NCBI GenBank assembly: GCA_964106645.2
Contig: OZ067040.1
Source of the DNA: Podarcis pityusensis
Lineage: Eukaryota
Reading direction: 5' to 3' (one strand)
Length of the DNA stretch: 64,000 nt
Under the pieces are notes generated by a model. That model was given only the letters and a program-made list of their open reading frames with translations, searched no databases and was not told the DNA's origin. Shown piece by piece: positions 12,691 through 25,521 of the stretch. The stretch's first letter is position 1. Every line of letters starts with the position of its first letter. Made by a program: the position numbers and the translations under genes.

Positions 12691-13341
12691 CATAAACGCC
12701 CTTATATATCCTTATATATCCTGACGGGCATAAGGATTCAAAATATACATATGGTGGGAGAAAAATGACACTTACATTTCAAGTGGGTATTTATATTATT
12801 GACTTGGTGTCAGACAGCAGCTTTGAGGAGGGTTTTTTGCTTGTTTGTTTTTTAAATCAGACCACGCCACGGGGCAAAGGATTCAAAAAAAGGGCCTTCA
12901 CTCATGCATTGGGTCTCATTCTGGTTGCCTTGCTTCTAAAGTTTTAAAAATGACAAGGTGTGTACCAAATAGGTGAGAGGACTTATCTCTAGTGCAGCCT
13001 GAGGCCCCTGAGGATGTATGATGAGACTTCATCCTCCCTTTCACCCTCTGAAGTGATTGTTAAGGGAGCGAAGTGGTGGCAGGGAGGTTAGGGAGGATGA
13101 CATCCAGCCTGGATCCCTGTACATCACAGGGAGTCAGTGGGGGTGAAATTCACCTCTCCATGCTGTGTTGCCACGCCCCAAACTGACCACTATAATGTTA
13201 CAATACTATGGGGTAGGGTGGAGTTTAGAGCTGATTGGAAGACTGCTGAATCCTTCCATCCACACTGGCTGGAGAATCATGGAACCAACCACAGGGCTGG
13301 AAGGAACCTAATCTAATCCAATCCTCTCTCATAACGGCAGC

Positions 13342-13693
13342 CAGTGCTTTTTTTCAGCTGGAACTCAGTTCTGGCACCTCTCAGGTGGGTGCCATTGCCA
13401 TTACAGTGGTACCTCGGGTTACATACGCTTCAGGTTACATACGCTTCAGGTTACAGACTCCGCTAACCCTGAAATAGTACCTCGGGTTAAGAACTTTGCT
13501 TCAGGATGAGAACAGAAATCGTGCAGCGGCAGCACAGTGGCAGCAGGAGACCCCATTAGCTAAAGTGGTGCTTCAGGTTAAGAACAGTTTCAGGTTAAGA
13601 ATAGACCTCCAGAACGCATTAAGTTCTTAACCCACTGTATAAGAGAACAAAGGAGATGTTCCTGGTGAGTTCCAGCACCTCTTTTTAGCACTG
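13342..13693 (+). mobile_element. Non-autonomous hAT element hosting a Tigger MITE
   Basis: TIR CAGTGCT...AGCACTG; 8-bp TSD ACGGCAGC/ACCGCAGC; uninterrupted relative at 30984-31120. Confidence 0.8.
13404..13637 (+). mobile_element. Tigger/pogo-type MITE, copy 2
   Basis: Same family as 3737; TA duplication; short deletion in the right TIR. Confidence 0.9.
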
Positions 13694-14000
13694 ACCGCAG
13701 CATTCCTGCTAGGTGACCATCTAGTCTCTGCTTCAAAGGAAAGTTTACCACCTCCCAAGGGCAGACTGTTCCCCTGTTGAACAACTCATACCATCAGGGA
13801 ACTTGAAATCCCCTTCCTCATCACTTGAACCTGCTGAGTTTGGAGCAAAAGAAAACAAATTTGCTCCATCACCTGAGTTTTTCAGAGACTCTCAGAGTAC
13901 CCTCTCACTTGTCTCTTCTCCAGGCTAAATATATCCAAGTCTTTCAATCTTTCCTCACTGGACTAGGTCTATAGACCCCTCATTATCTTTATCTTCATTG

Positions 14001-14177
14001 GAGGCTGTAATGCTTTTGAATAACAGTTGGTGGAAACCACAGAAGGGGAGAGTTCTCTTGTGCTTGGGTCCTGCTTGTGGGTTGTCCACAGGCATCTGGT
14101 TGGCCACTGTGACATCAGGATGTTGGATTAGATGAGCCACTGAGCTGATCAAGCAGGCTTTTCTTATGTTCTTATGT
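14001..14177 (+). mobile_element. CR1-type 3' end with (TTCTTATG)2 tail
   Basis: GGCATCTGGTTGGCCACTGT..GCTGATCAAGCAGGCTTTTCTTATGTTCTTATGT. Confidence 0.75.
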
Positions 14178-14861
14178 CACCTCTCGACACCTCCTTTCTA
14201 ACTTTCCCCCACTCCCTATGGGAAGGTTTTGGGACTGCACAACCTGTTTTTGCAAAAGTGACACTTTCCTGCACACCCAGGAAGGCCTCCAACAATGCAA
14301 AAACTCCCTACCTTCTCTATGGGTGGCCACATTTTATTGCCCTACTGCTGGCATAGGTCCATCAAGTTTGCAGTTAGAGTGAATGGTATGGTTGACTGAG
14401 AGAGTTGAATGTGCTTAGATGTTGCTCTTTGATTTGATTGGTTTAGATATAGGATATGCAAATGGGCTGTGAGTAGCTCGAGCTTGATTAGCCAAGGTAC
14501 TTTGTTGTCTTAAAATAACAAAACTGAAATGAGAACTCCAGAGAGAGCAATTTTGGCATCTCACAAATAATTCTGGCATGGAAGCAATAGATACTATGGC
14601 CAAGTGGTTCTGTGGCTTTCACATACTTTTTGCGGCTCCTTGATCACCAAATTTTGACTATGATTATAGCCAGTCGTACTATTTTTGGGGAAGCGCACAA
14701 TGCATGGGGAGCCATAGAGATATTCTGGGTGGCCTTGTACGGGACAGACTGGAGCCATTGTTTGTCACTGGCAATGCATGATGGGAAATGTTCCAGAAGA
14801 GCCACAGACACGCTTTCCGAAAACATTCAGTATCAAATCCTAAATCCCTCCTTCTCTCTCC

Positions 14862-14863
<2 letters not shown>

Positions 14864-14921
<58 letters not shown>

Positions 14922-14945
14922 AACACAAACACACACACACACACA
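14864..14945. repeat. Compound (CT)n(CA)n microsatellite
   Basis: Direct reading. Confidence 0.95.
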
Positions 14946-15744
14946 GAGCTATTCCTGATTGCCCTTTCATTTTCGGGATCTGTTCAATGATCTGAGGAAT
15001 GATAGCTAAGAGACATTTCACCTATTGTGAATAGGCTTCCTAAAATTTTGAAGACGCAGTCTCTTAAAGAATGTATGGACATTCTTTGTTGCTTTTCTTG
15101 ATAGACTCCCAAGCAAAACAAGGTGGTAGGTTGTCACTATGCAATGGGTGCTGTGCAACATTTTCCCCTAGTTTTGCAAATTTGACATAGCTTTGACCAA
15201 GGTCACATTTTTTCAACCATAAAGTTTTGCGAAATAACAGCTTTTCTAATAATAAACAATTCAAACCGAAAAATACCCAAACCAGGGCTCTGGGTAAAAG
15301 TTCGCCAAACCATCATAATAAGAAATGGACAATGTGGTTGCATTCATACTGTTACTATTGTGGAGGAGTGAGTCAAATGCAGACTGTAAATTTAGGTTTG
15401 TCACAATTAATGTGCTTTGTTGCCCTATTACAACAAACCCCACTTTTAAAAAAGTAACAAGACTCTTTGCAGTTGGGAAGTGAACGGGAAATACATTGAG
15501 GACTGTGGGGTGAACAAATGACTAAAGTGAAGACATATAATCACATATAATGTAGATCAGGATGGATGTAGGATGATTACACATTGTTATATAGCTTGGC
15601 AAAACAAATCAGAATAAGTGCTCAATAAAGACAGGAAATAGTTGAACCTCTGTGTAAGCTTTGTACAAGCAAATCAGGACGAATGCACAATAAATGGACT
15701 GTCTGGAGGATAATATATTACATATATACATACATACATACATA

Positions 15745-16510
15745 CAGTGGTACCTTGGTTCTCAAACTTAATCCTTTCTGGAAGTCTGTTCCAAAAACCA
15801 AAGTGTTCCAAAACCAAGGCACACTTTCCCATAGAAAGTAATGCAAAATGGATTAATCCATTCCAGACAATTACAAATAACCCCCAAAACAGCAATTTAA
15901 CATGAATTTTACTATCCAACGATACAATTGATCCATAAAATGAAAGCAATAATATATAATCAATGTTCTGTACTATAAAATAAATAGAACAGTATTGTAG
16001 ATGATAAATATAAAATAATTTTTTTTATCTTACCTGCACTGATGATAGTCATTGTTTGGATGGGGGGCTTTTATCCATTTCCACAGTCACACAGTCAATC
16101 AATCAATCAATCAATCAATCATAAAACAAAAAACAAGCCACAGTCACAAAAATGAAATAGCCACACGAACAAATACGCAATTTTTTTAGCAAAAACAAAA
16201 GCACCAAGTATCACCTCAGAACACTGCAATCAGAAATGGAAGGCTTTAATTATGATGAGGAGGGGGCTCAAATGAGTTGTGGGTAAAAGCAGGAGGAAAA
16301 AAGCCTTAATTATGATGGGGAGGACTCAGATGAGCTGCACAACAGTAAAAATGGAAGGAAGGAAGCCTTAATTTACTTAAATTACTTTGCAGGGGCTCAG
16401 ATTAGTTGCACAACAGTGAAAACAGGAGCACATTCGGCTTCCGAGGCAAAGTTCAAAAACTGGAACACCTACTTTTGCAACGTTCGAGTTCAAAAACTGA
16501 GGCACCACTG
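15745..16510. mobile_element. Longer non-autonomous Tigger/pogo-type element
   Basis: TIR CAGTGGTACCTTGGTT...AACTGAGGCACCACTG; TA flanks; internal (CAAT)n and tandem units at 16241-16430. Confidence 0.85.
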
Positions 16511-17065
16511 TATCACTATCCTCATGATCAGAACAAGACCTTAAGTGTCTCCCTCTAATTATTTTGTTTTAAACAAGACTCGCACTTTGGTGCAAACATA
16601 GTTCTCACTTTGAGAATGTATCAATTTAGGCACCTCTCGGTTTCTCATTTTCCCAGTTCCACATCACTTTGCATTTTAAAATGCAAAGGGGGGGTATGAA
16701 AATTCACCAGCATTTTAGTGTGAATTTCTCCTGTACACATTTTTGAATGCAATTTTGCCTAATATACACATTTTTGCAAATCATTTTTCCTAATAGAATG
16801 TATTTTCCATGTTCTTTTCACTAACACATGCATTTATATATTTAACTTTACTTTTTAACTAATATATTTTATATGTTTTTAGCTTTTTCTGTCATATCCA
16901 TGCTTGTTTTAATTTTTGTATGCTGTCTTGAGTCCCAGTTCTGGGGGAAAGGCAGGATATGATGATGATGTTGATGATGATGATAATGAAAGGAAATCCT
17001 GCCTATGGAACTGAAATCTTAAGATGCCACCATCTGGCAAAGCCATCTATCAACTCAAGTTTAGT

Positions 17066-17252
17066 GGAAGGGTCATGGCTCAGCAATAGGACATTTGCCC
17101 TGCATGCAGAAAGCCCCGGTTTCAGTCCTCAGCATTTCGAGGTAGGACTAGGCATGTCCTCCATCTGAAACTTGGACAGTTGCTGCCTGTCAACATACTG
17201 AGCTACATGGACCAATGGATTCAGTATAAGGCAGCTTCCTATGTTCCTATGT
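17066..17252 (+). mobile_element. tRNA-Ala-derived SINE with CR1-like tail (Squam2-like)
   Basis: Degenerate tRNA head followed by GGCAGCTTCCTATGTTCCTATGT tail. Confidence 0.75.
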
Positions 17253-17352
17253 AAGCTTTTCAACATCAGATCATTATTAGGATTTGGACTGAAGTAGTAC
17301 TTAAGGACCTCATTGGCTCTAGGGCTCTATTGGCAGAAACTTCAAACAGGCA

Positions 17353-17354
<2 letters not shown>

Positions 17355-17396
<42 letters not shown>
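17355..17396. repeat. (AT)21 microsatellite
   Basis: Direct reading. Confidence 0.95.
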
Positions 17397-17399
<3 letters not shown>

Positions 17400-20300
17400 A
17401 ACCCCCCGCTCTCCTAGAGGCCAATGTTTAAACAAGTAGTAAGGAGTTGACTGACCCTAAAAGCAAGTTTCATAGTATAGGGAAAGCTTTGATGTGCATT
17501 TGTGGATAAATCTTAAAGTAGCAACAAGAGGTCTTCAAGGACTGCTGTGTGTAAGAAAACCCTGGCAGTGGTATCTCTCTTGAACAAAAGTCCAATGGTA
17601 ATATAAAACCTCGATGCTGTAAACTAGCAAATCTTAGAGCATGCCACATACGCTAAAGCAGATAGGTTTTTCTTACTGTTTGAGGAAGAATGTGAGACTA
17701 CATGAAAGTAAGTGCAAGCCCCCATCCTCAGTATTGGCCTTAGATAATTTTCTGAAGGTCTGTTGAGATGAATAGACAGGAGATGATAGATAGATAGTCT
17801 GGAGTCACAGTCTTACACCAGAGCAGTTACGTAATGGTCCTGCTCTCTGAGTCTTGTGAAGAGTTGGGAATATTGTGTGTTACATTTTTATACTAAGACT
17901 GTTGTGGAGGATTTCAGCTGGGGGGGAAATTGTATTGTTTTAGTCCTTTAATATAGGAGTACTGTAACCCAGACTTTGGTTTTACCTCAGTGAATGATTA
18001 TTATTTTTTGATCATCCTAACAAGAAATAGTGGATAGCACTTTGGGCAAGCTCTGTTTGTGTTCTGCCAAAAATACCTCAGAGCTGGTGCCCAAATGTAA
18101 TCAATTCTTCTGGGCATGTGAAACTGAAGCCCTAACACCTCGCCTGACTTCAGCAAACCGTACTTCAGTTCAAGGCTTGTGTGGGCACTCTGAGCCTCAA
18201 CGAGGGCTTTCATGGCATCTAATCCACTAACCTCATCTCCCTAATCGCATTCTATATGAACATGATGAAATATAACTTAAGCTGGCACCTGGAAGGCTCT
18301 TGGCTTAGTTCAGCAATGTGCAGGGGATAACTTGATTTCTTCTGTCGAGTACAGAATTTACTTTGCCAAGGTTTCGTTTTCTTTCTTAATTTAAAGCAAT
18401 GCATATAGGATAGGATTTTATCAGACAGAAGTGACCTACCTGGGGTTTTTGTTGTTGTTGTTTGAGAATGAAACACTGAAGAGTTATAAGCTAGTGGATC
18501 GCATTACTACCTGAGAAACATGCCCACTTTCACTGGGGCTACCAAAGATTGAGCACCTTCTAGCTTAGCTTGCTAAGAATAAATAATGGATGTTTTGGCA
18601 CAAGCATGGAATGTAGTTCTTTACAGCTACACCTGATGCCTATTAGTAAAGAAGTCTTCTGAATTATCTGATTCACAGGGGGCTAGTTCTCACTTCATTT
18701 TTTAAAAATATATATATCTTCAGCAACACACATTCAAGTATAAAATACATGCACGGTATTGGAGAAATGAAATGGGTGCAAGCCCTGTTTTCAGCAATTA
18801 TCCCTTTAAAATATGCACTACAATTGGGAAAGGATCAGATGCTTATCAGTTACATTTGAGAAGGACAAGGACCATCTGGGGAACAGCAGCAGGAGAAGGC
18901 TCTTGCTGACTGATGATCCAGCAGGGCTCTTATGCTCTCAACAAAACATGAATGAGCACTTCACATTTGATGCAGCTTGTGTGCGTTTTATACTGCACTT
19001 TTGTATGCCTAGATAGCCAATTACATAGATAAAGTAAGAACTGAGAACCCATAAATGAATTTTCTTTTGGGATGATGACAGGCACACATACACACATTAA
19101 AAGGATGCTAGAAGTGGTTTGGACACCCACCTACTGCATCCCAATGTATTTGCTTTCAGGGCAGAGAGTGTCTATCCAAGCCACTTCTACCACAGTTCAA
19201 ATGTATGTTGGTCTCCATCCTTTGTTTCAAATGCATCTGCCAGCTGGGTCCTTGAATCCAGATGTCTCCTCTGATCATGGATCATGGGGTGCAGTCTTGC
19301 CTTCAGCTTTGTGTCACTGGCAGTGAGCTACTGAACAAGAATTCTGCGTCCACTTCCATAATATGAGACCCACTGTTCTGGGGTTGATTTCTTCAACAGG
19401 GTATTTCCCTGAAATAAAGGGCATGGTGTTGTATGTTTGCTTTTCTTCACCCGCTCTTCTGGAAGCAACTATCTATGCAAACTACTCACCTTAACATAAT
19501 GGGGCAATTTGAATTGTTCATAGATAAAGGTACCTGATTTATGACTTTAGCACTCCCTGCCACCAGTGAGAAGGGAAGGGAAGCACGAAAAAGGGGGAAA
19601 GATCAGTTTGTGTCCTCTTCTTCCCAGCAGGAGGGCAAGATTGAGCAAGAATAAACATATAATTTTCCCATCCTTTTTAGAATAACAGCCAGCAACGAAG
19701 ATGATTGAAATAAAGATCTGAATGAAAGAAAACTGGCTACAGCTCAAATCCATGATCACTGGAAAAGGAAATAATAACTCAGGACAGACGGGTGAAACCT
19801 CCTTGATGCCCAGATTATCTATTGAAGGTGCAGGTCTATTTCCAACCTAGGAGAATTTACTTACTTTTGTTAGGCAATATCCATAGCCCTAAGGAACAAC
19901 TAATTCACTAAACACGCCTGGTGAATCATTAAGGCAGAGAGAAAAGTAAAGACAGAACTATACTTATCAAAGGAGTGTTGAAGAAGAAGAAACAATTATA
20001 AGCTGTTGATTTGATGATTATCTCCATCAAATAACACAGCAAAACAAAACAGGGGGAATATCTGTATTTTTTATCAAGGGTTTCCACCCATAATGCTGGG
20101 TACTTCCCACCCGAACAATGAAGCAAGGAAGCAATAAATAATCTTTTGCATTCTGGGATACAAAGCAAGATATTGTGCTAAGTTCAGAAAAAGATTAGCA
20201 TGGAGGAATGAGGTCAGAAGAAAAGGAAGAAAAAGAGTGACAATAACGGCTTTTGAAGGGAGGGGCTCATGAGCCGCTATTCAATTTCTCATGACTGATT

Positions 20301-20484
20301 GGTATTGTGTTGTATTACTGGTAGGGACATCGCCCCTTCCACAAACTTTTTGAAAACATAAGAACCCTGCTAGATAAAACCAGAGGCCCTTCTAGTCCAG
20401 CTTTCTGTTCCCAGAGATACTGAGCAGCTGTCTATGGGAAGCCCCTAAGCAAGTAATGAGAACAGCAACTGGTAACCAGCGCAG

Positions 20485-20685
20485 CAGGGCTCACAGCAAC
20501 AGGCTTTCGGTGGCAGAGGGATGAGGCGACACCGAGTTCAGGACCGTGTGGATGCACAGGCAAAGTTAATCTTGGTGTTCCCACTGATGCACCCACAAAA
20601 TCCCAGCCTAAATGCCACCTTGCCCCTCGCCATTCCTGATAAGTGGTAGAGCTTCCGCTGCCGAGAAGCTGCTGCTGTGACTCTG
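20485..20685. mobile_element. Palindromic MITE
   Basis: Imperfect TIR of about 34 bp: CAGGGCTCACAGCAACAGGCTTTCGG / CCGAGAAGCTGCTGCTGTGACTCTG. Confidence 0.6.
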
Positions 20686-20691
20686 TCCAGC

Positions 20692-21092
20692 CGTCAGGAG
20701 CTGAAGTCAGACAATAAAGCAATAAAGCACCTGATGTCAGTGAAGTTAACTCTTTATTCAAAGCAGCAAATCAGCTCAACCCTAGTGGTCACAGCAACCT
20801 TTCCCAGTAAGTCTTGCCCCAATGAAGCAGTTGTGAGGACCGCTCTCTAAGGTGCCTCCCCTGGTTCCTTCCACAGCAGCCAAAGGCTCTGTCCTCTTGT
20901 CTCTTGTTCCTCCATCTTCATTTCTCTGCATGTTCTGGGAGACCAGTGGGGAGGGTCACAGCAGGAGGGGGAGACTCCCTGGATTCTTCAGCAACCTGCC
21001 TCATCTCTGTCTCCTGGCTCCCTTCCTCTCCTGCCTCTGAATCTGGACTGCCCTCTGCCACAGCCTCCTCCTGCTCACTAAACTCTGTTGCC
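20692..21092 (-). mobile_element. Second Gypsy-type LTR, truncated at its 5' end
   Basis: Begins CGTCAGG (cf. TGTCAGG at 798); minus-strand AATAAA (TTTATT 20753-20758); same GA-rich sense architecture as 798-1307; abuts an L2 3'UTR piece at 21093-21163. Confidence 0.7.
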
Positions 21093-21633
21093 TTTTTAAA
21101 TATTTGGTGTTTTATTATGCTTTTATTTTTGTTGGAAGCTGCCCAGAGTGGCTGGGGCAACCCATATCACGCAGTACAACTGTTTCTGGATGGTACCGCT
21201 TCAGACTGCAGGTGTGAAATCATTTGCCTTAATGCTCTTCTGTGGAGGAAATTTTCCACCTGTACATGTCGAAAATGAATATGTCAGGAGAAAATTTAGG
21301 CTAGAGCCCTTCTTCCTTATTTTTATGTGCAGGGACTTAGACAGACAGATCATAGATCAATATTTGTCTATTGATAATCCCTCACCCGCAGATTGAAGTG
21401 GTTCAGTCTATGAGCAGTTTTATCACACAACTTTCCATTTGTGCAGACTAGCTGTGAATTTTGGTAATTTTCTTTAGGACTCAACTGTCTTTCCTGGGTT
21501 ATGTCCTAGAATAAATAGGATGAGCTCATGGGTCTGCACCTCACCCTGGTCATATTCCCAAATACGGTTCTAGTTTGGGGATCATAATGCCACCCACTGT
21601 TCTTAGTGAACAGGCTTTTTGGGTTCTTGTAAA

Positions 21634-21867
21634 CAGTGGTACCTCGGGTTACAGATGCTTCAGGTTACAGATGCTTCCGGTTACAGACTCTGCTAACCCA
21701 GAAATAGCACCTTGGGTTAAGAACTTTGCTTCAGGATGAGAACAGAAATTGTGGCATGGTGGCAGCGGGAGGCCCCATTAGCTAAAGTGGTGCTTCAGGT
21801 TAAGAACAGTTTCAGGTTAAGAACGGACCTCCGGAATGAATTAAGTTCTTAACCCGAGGTATCACTG
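21634..21867 (+). mobile_element. Tigger/pogo-type MITE, copy 3
   Basis: TIRs as in 3737. Confidence 0.9.
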
Positions 21868-23112
21868 TATATGCAGTGCAAATGCACAAAGATGAACCCA
21901 AGACATGAAAGACAACCAGGGGACAGATCAAAATAAACCACAAAGAAACAAACTGCAACAGAGAGGCACTGTGAGCAGGCATAGCACCAATTCATATCTT
22001 GTCTCTGAGCGTGTACCTTTTTGTGCTTGACTGTTTCTGTCTGTCTTGGGAGATGAAGCACACAAGGCTTCCATCATGTCCGCATGAACTGTTGCTGCTT
22101 GTTCCACATGACTGTGCTGAATGCTGACAAGTGGAGCATGTGCCCCTGACAGCAGGTCTGCCATTACAAAACCATGTCCTGGCTGGCATGCAATTGTCTT
22201 GCACAAAATACTTTTCTCGAGTCAGAGACAGAATCCGCACATGCCACTTAGAGTGGCATGCATGTGTGAAAGGCAGCTTGAAATGTGCTTGTATCCTTTA
22301 TATTTTTTAAATGGCTGGTGCCTGTGCAGGGAGCTGGATGTACAGTCGCAGCTTCCAGAGTCTTGTGTGTCATCTGTAAACAGAGGGGTTTTATCTGAAT
22401 CACATTTTTACTTCTCTAGTTACAATTTTTCCCCACATATCACTTTCGGTATCTTTAAACCTTATTTATTGATTTTTCACACAAAAAACTTTACAGATTT
22501 TAACATAAATTGTAAATTACTTTATCCATCCATCCTTTTAATTGTCAAATAATTCTGCGTACATTGCAGCAGCCTTTGGCTATGTGCAATAAAACTGACT
22601 GACTGACTGACTTATCCATCCATCCACCCCTTCCATGGTTTCCCTGTTTACACTTGAATGCTGCATATTTCTCATATACTATTCAATATATCCATTTTAA
22701 CCTATTTAATGCTGTTGCTCATATTTCAGATTCTGCAAGTATCTTTTTGCTCAGTCACTTTTGCTTACTTGATTCCTCCTTCATACCCTTGACTGTGAAT
22801 ATCTATGCTATGGCTGGTACATTCATATACACATCCCTCTGAGGGTAGGGACATCTTTGGTGAAATTAATAAGATGGGGTGTGTGCTTATCAATTTCAAT
22901 AGGATGTTATTTTTTCTTCTTCATGTGCGTCCACCAATGCTGGTGCACAAAATATCTGTAATTAAGCAATAATCACGAGGTTTCAGTGAAATTGTCATGG
23001 CTTTCCTATGTCCTTGTCAGTGTCCAGGAAGGCCAGAGAAGTGGTTGTACCCACCCAGCCACCCACACTGGCAGATTGTCACTGACATGTCACACTGGAC
23101 TGTCTCTATGTC

Positions 23113-23503
23113 TGTTGTTGTTGTTGTTTAGTCATTTAGTTGTATCCGACTCTTCGTGACCCCATGGACCAGAGCACGCCAGGCACTCCTGTCTTCCACT
23201 GCCTCCTGCAGTTTGGTCAAACTCATGCTGGTAGCTTCAAGAACACTGTCCAGCCATCTCATCCTCTGTCATCCCCTTCTCCTTGTGCCCTCAATTATTC
23301 CCAACATCAGGGTCTTTTCCAGGGAGTCTTCTCTTCTCATGAGGTGGCCAAAGTATTGGAGCCTCAGCTTCACGATCTGTCCTTCCAGTGAGCACTCAGG
23401 GCTGATTTCCTTCAGAATGCATAGGTTTGATCTTCTTGCAGTCCATGGGACTCCTCCAGCACCATAATTCAAAAGCATCAATTCTTTGGCGATCAGCCTT
23501 CTT
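23113..23503 (-). mobile_element. RTE-BovB LINE 3' fragment
   Basis: Minus frame encodes VPWTARRSNLCILKEISPECSLEGQIVKLRLQYFGHLMRREDSLEKTLMLG, the BovB ORF C-terminus. Confidence 0.95.
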
Positions 23504-25521
23504 AAAACATTAACGTATGGACAATGGTATAGTAAGAAGTGGGAGGAGATTCCTAAGTGATTAAAAACAGCACTTTGTAGGGCACATATGAGTTCAGTCA
23601 GAGACATGGATTGTATCTAAACATAATAACGTAAGGCGAAAGTCATTCACTGAAAGAAGGTCCGTGTCATGATGGGGGCGGGACGTGTGAGTCAAACATA
23701 TGGATGGAAGGAAGTCCTCATGATGGTCCATTCTCAACTGATTCCTCTGACATCCCTAACTGCATCCCAGGTAGTAATAACTGAATCCACTATATTGCCT
23801 GCAGAACCTAACATATTTAACTGATGAATATGGTCGGGGAAGAATCCGCTGGGATTCCAATGCATTCCAATGACATAAGAGCATGGTTGTGCTTTCCCTT
23901 TTATTTCTTCCTCTTCTGCTACTGTGCCTGACAGAACCACCTGTTCAGTGAGGTGATGCTTTTAGAGTGAATTGTTTTGATGGGTCAAAGAGCTGCTCTG
24001 CTAGAGCTGAGGTCTAATGCATGGATGCAAATCTTTGAACTCTCTGCACCACATTCGTATGCATGCCCATTCTGACTATTTAAGGAACATGTTGCTTGAA
24101 CTGCTAATTGCTTATGAATCTAACAGCAGATGTGAACATGTCTGGCAGTCTTTTTACTTCTTAAGCTTACAGTTTTGGCATGTTCCGCATTGTCTGACCT
24201 TTAGATTAATCACCTTTTATGTCTGGTCTCTCCTAGGCAATTTCAGGTTTTTGATCTTGTTTAGCTGAAATCCTGTTACCTCTTGTACTGGAAGCAACAC
24301 ACTGCAAATTCTTGGTATTTAGCTGTGGTGCCATCTCAGGTGACCATAATCATCACCAAGGCTGTGTGTCTGCTGCGTTGTTGTGCAGACAAATCCTTCA
24401 AGGGAGGATGAAGGATGTCAGTAAATAAATAAAACAACACTTAATCCATTCTTGGAGATCTGAAAATCCCCAGGCTGAAAATTTGCCAACTTAGTTGGAC
24501 ATATGCAATCATTTGGTCCGGCTCTAATCACATCATGCATTTTGAAAGTATCCCCAAAATTCCAGAACTTTTCCATGAGCTAGTATATTATCTAATAATG
24601 ATTCTACCACCATACAGAAGAATTTGCATTGCATCCTGACACCACCTCTTTGCTTTCCCTTGGGTCAACAATGACCATTCCTGTCTTCAAATAACCCCCG
24701 ACTTAAAGAAGCAACGTTTTAAGAGTTGTTTATACTTGGATCCATTAAAGAAATAGTGGTGAAAAATAAGTGTCTGGCCTGCTCTTCAAAATACCAAGGT
24801 AAACACTAGGTGACCTATTCCTTGTTCTTTGCCTAACCTGGCTGAACTCTGGAAGAAAGTAATAAATAGCAATGGTTAATTGGCGTCATTTCTAAGTATA
24901 ACATCCCCACTTCCTCACATCAAGTTTGCCCAGGATTCAAAGGTTTGTGAGCTAGACAAATAAAAATATATGGTGCTGCTTGAAAGAGAAGGGGCACAAG
25001 AGTTTTGTGGCCTGGCCCAAGACTCAGGGTCAACTCACACATCACAGCGATGTTGCCAGAAATTGTTTCCCAATGGCAACTTGTCCCTGACTGGCCTGTA
25101 GCATTTAGGAGCACCACAAAAACTAGTCTTCAAGCACAACACAACTTCAAAAATCAAAGAGAGGTGAGATGCCATCTGATGATTCCAAGCTCTGCACTCT
25201 GGTGAACAATCTTCCAGATGGCACAGTTTTGGGCCACAGTCCAACAGAGTAAGGTGCTCTTAAGCCTACTGCTTTCAGCTAGCTTAATCTTGCCTAACTT
25301 TTGTAGGATTGTGGGCTTTATGTATTAAAGCCACAATGGATATTTAAGGGAATGTACTGCCACTAGATCTAGTTGTATATCCAAAACATAGATTCTAGAT
25401 TTGATGCAAAGTCTTTTGCTTCCCGCGATTTAAAAAAAAAGCACCATCAAAACTTCAGTGTTGCCTTCAAAGGAAGTTTATTCTGAAGATGTTTCCCTGA
25501 ACTACTTGATGGGGCATGACT

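Larger units (their letters stand above)
13273..13990 (-). mobile_element. CR1 LINE 3' region split by a nested hAT and Tigger MITE
   Basis: AGAATCATGG..GGGCTGGAAGGAACC terminus; resumes after 13693 with CTCTTCTCCAGGCTAAA, typical of antisense CR1. Confidence 0.7.

Noticed and set aside
22021-22062. Partial matches to the starts of miR-218 (TTGTGCTTGA) and miR-143 (GAGATGAAGCAC)
   Set aside because: Only 10-12 nt match, the rest of each mature sequence differs, and there is no precursor hairpin.
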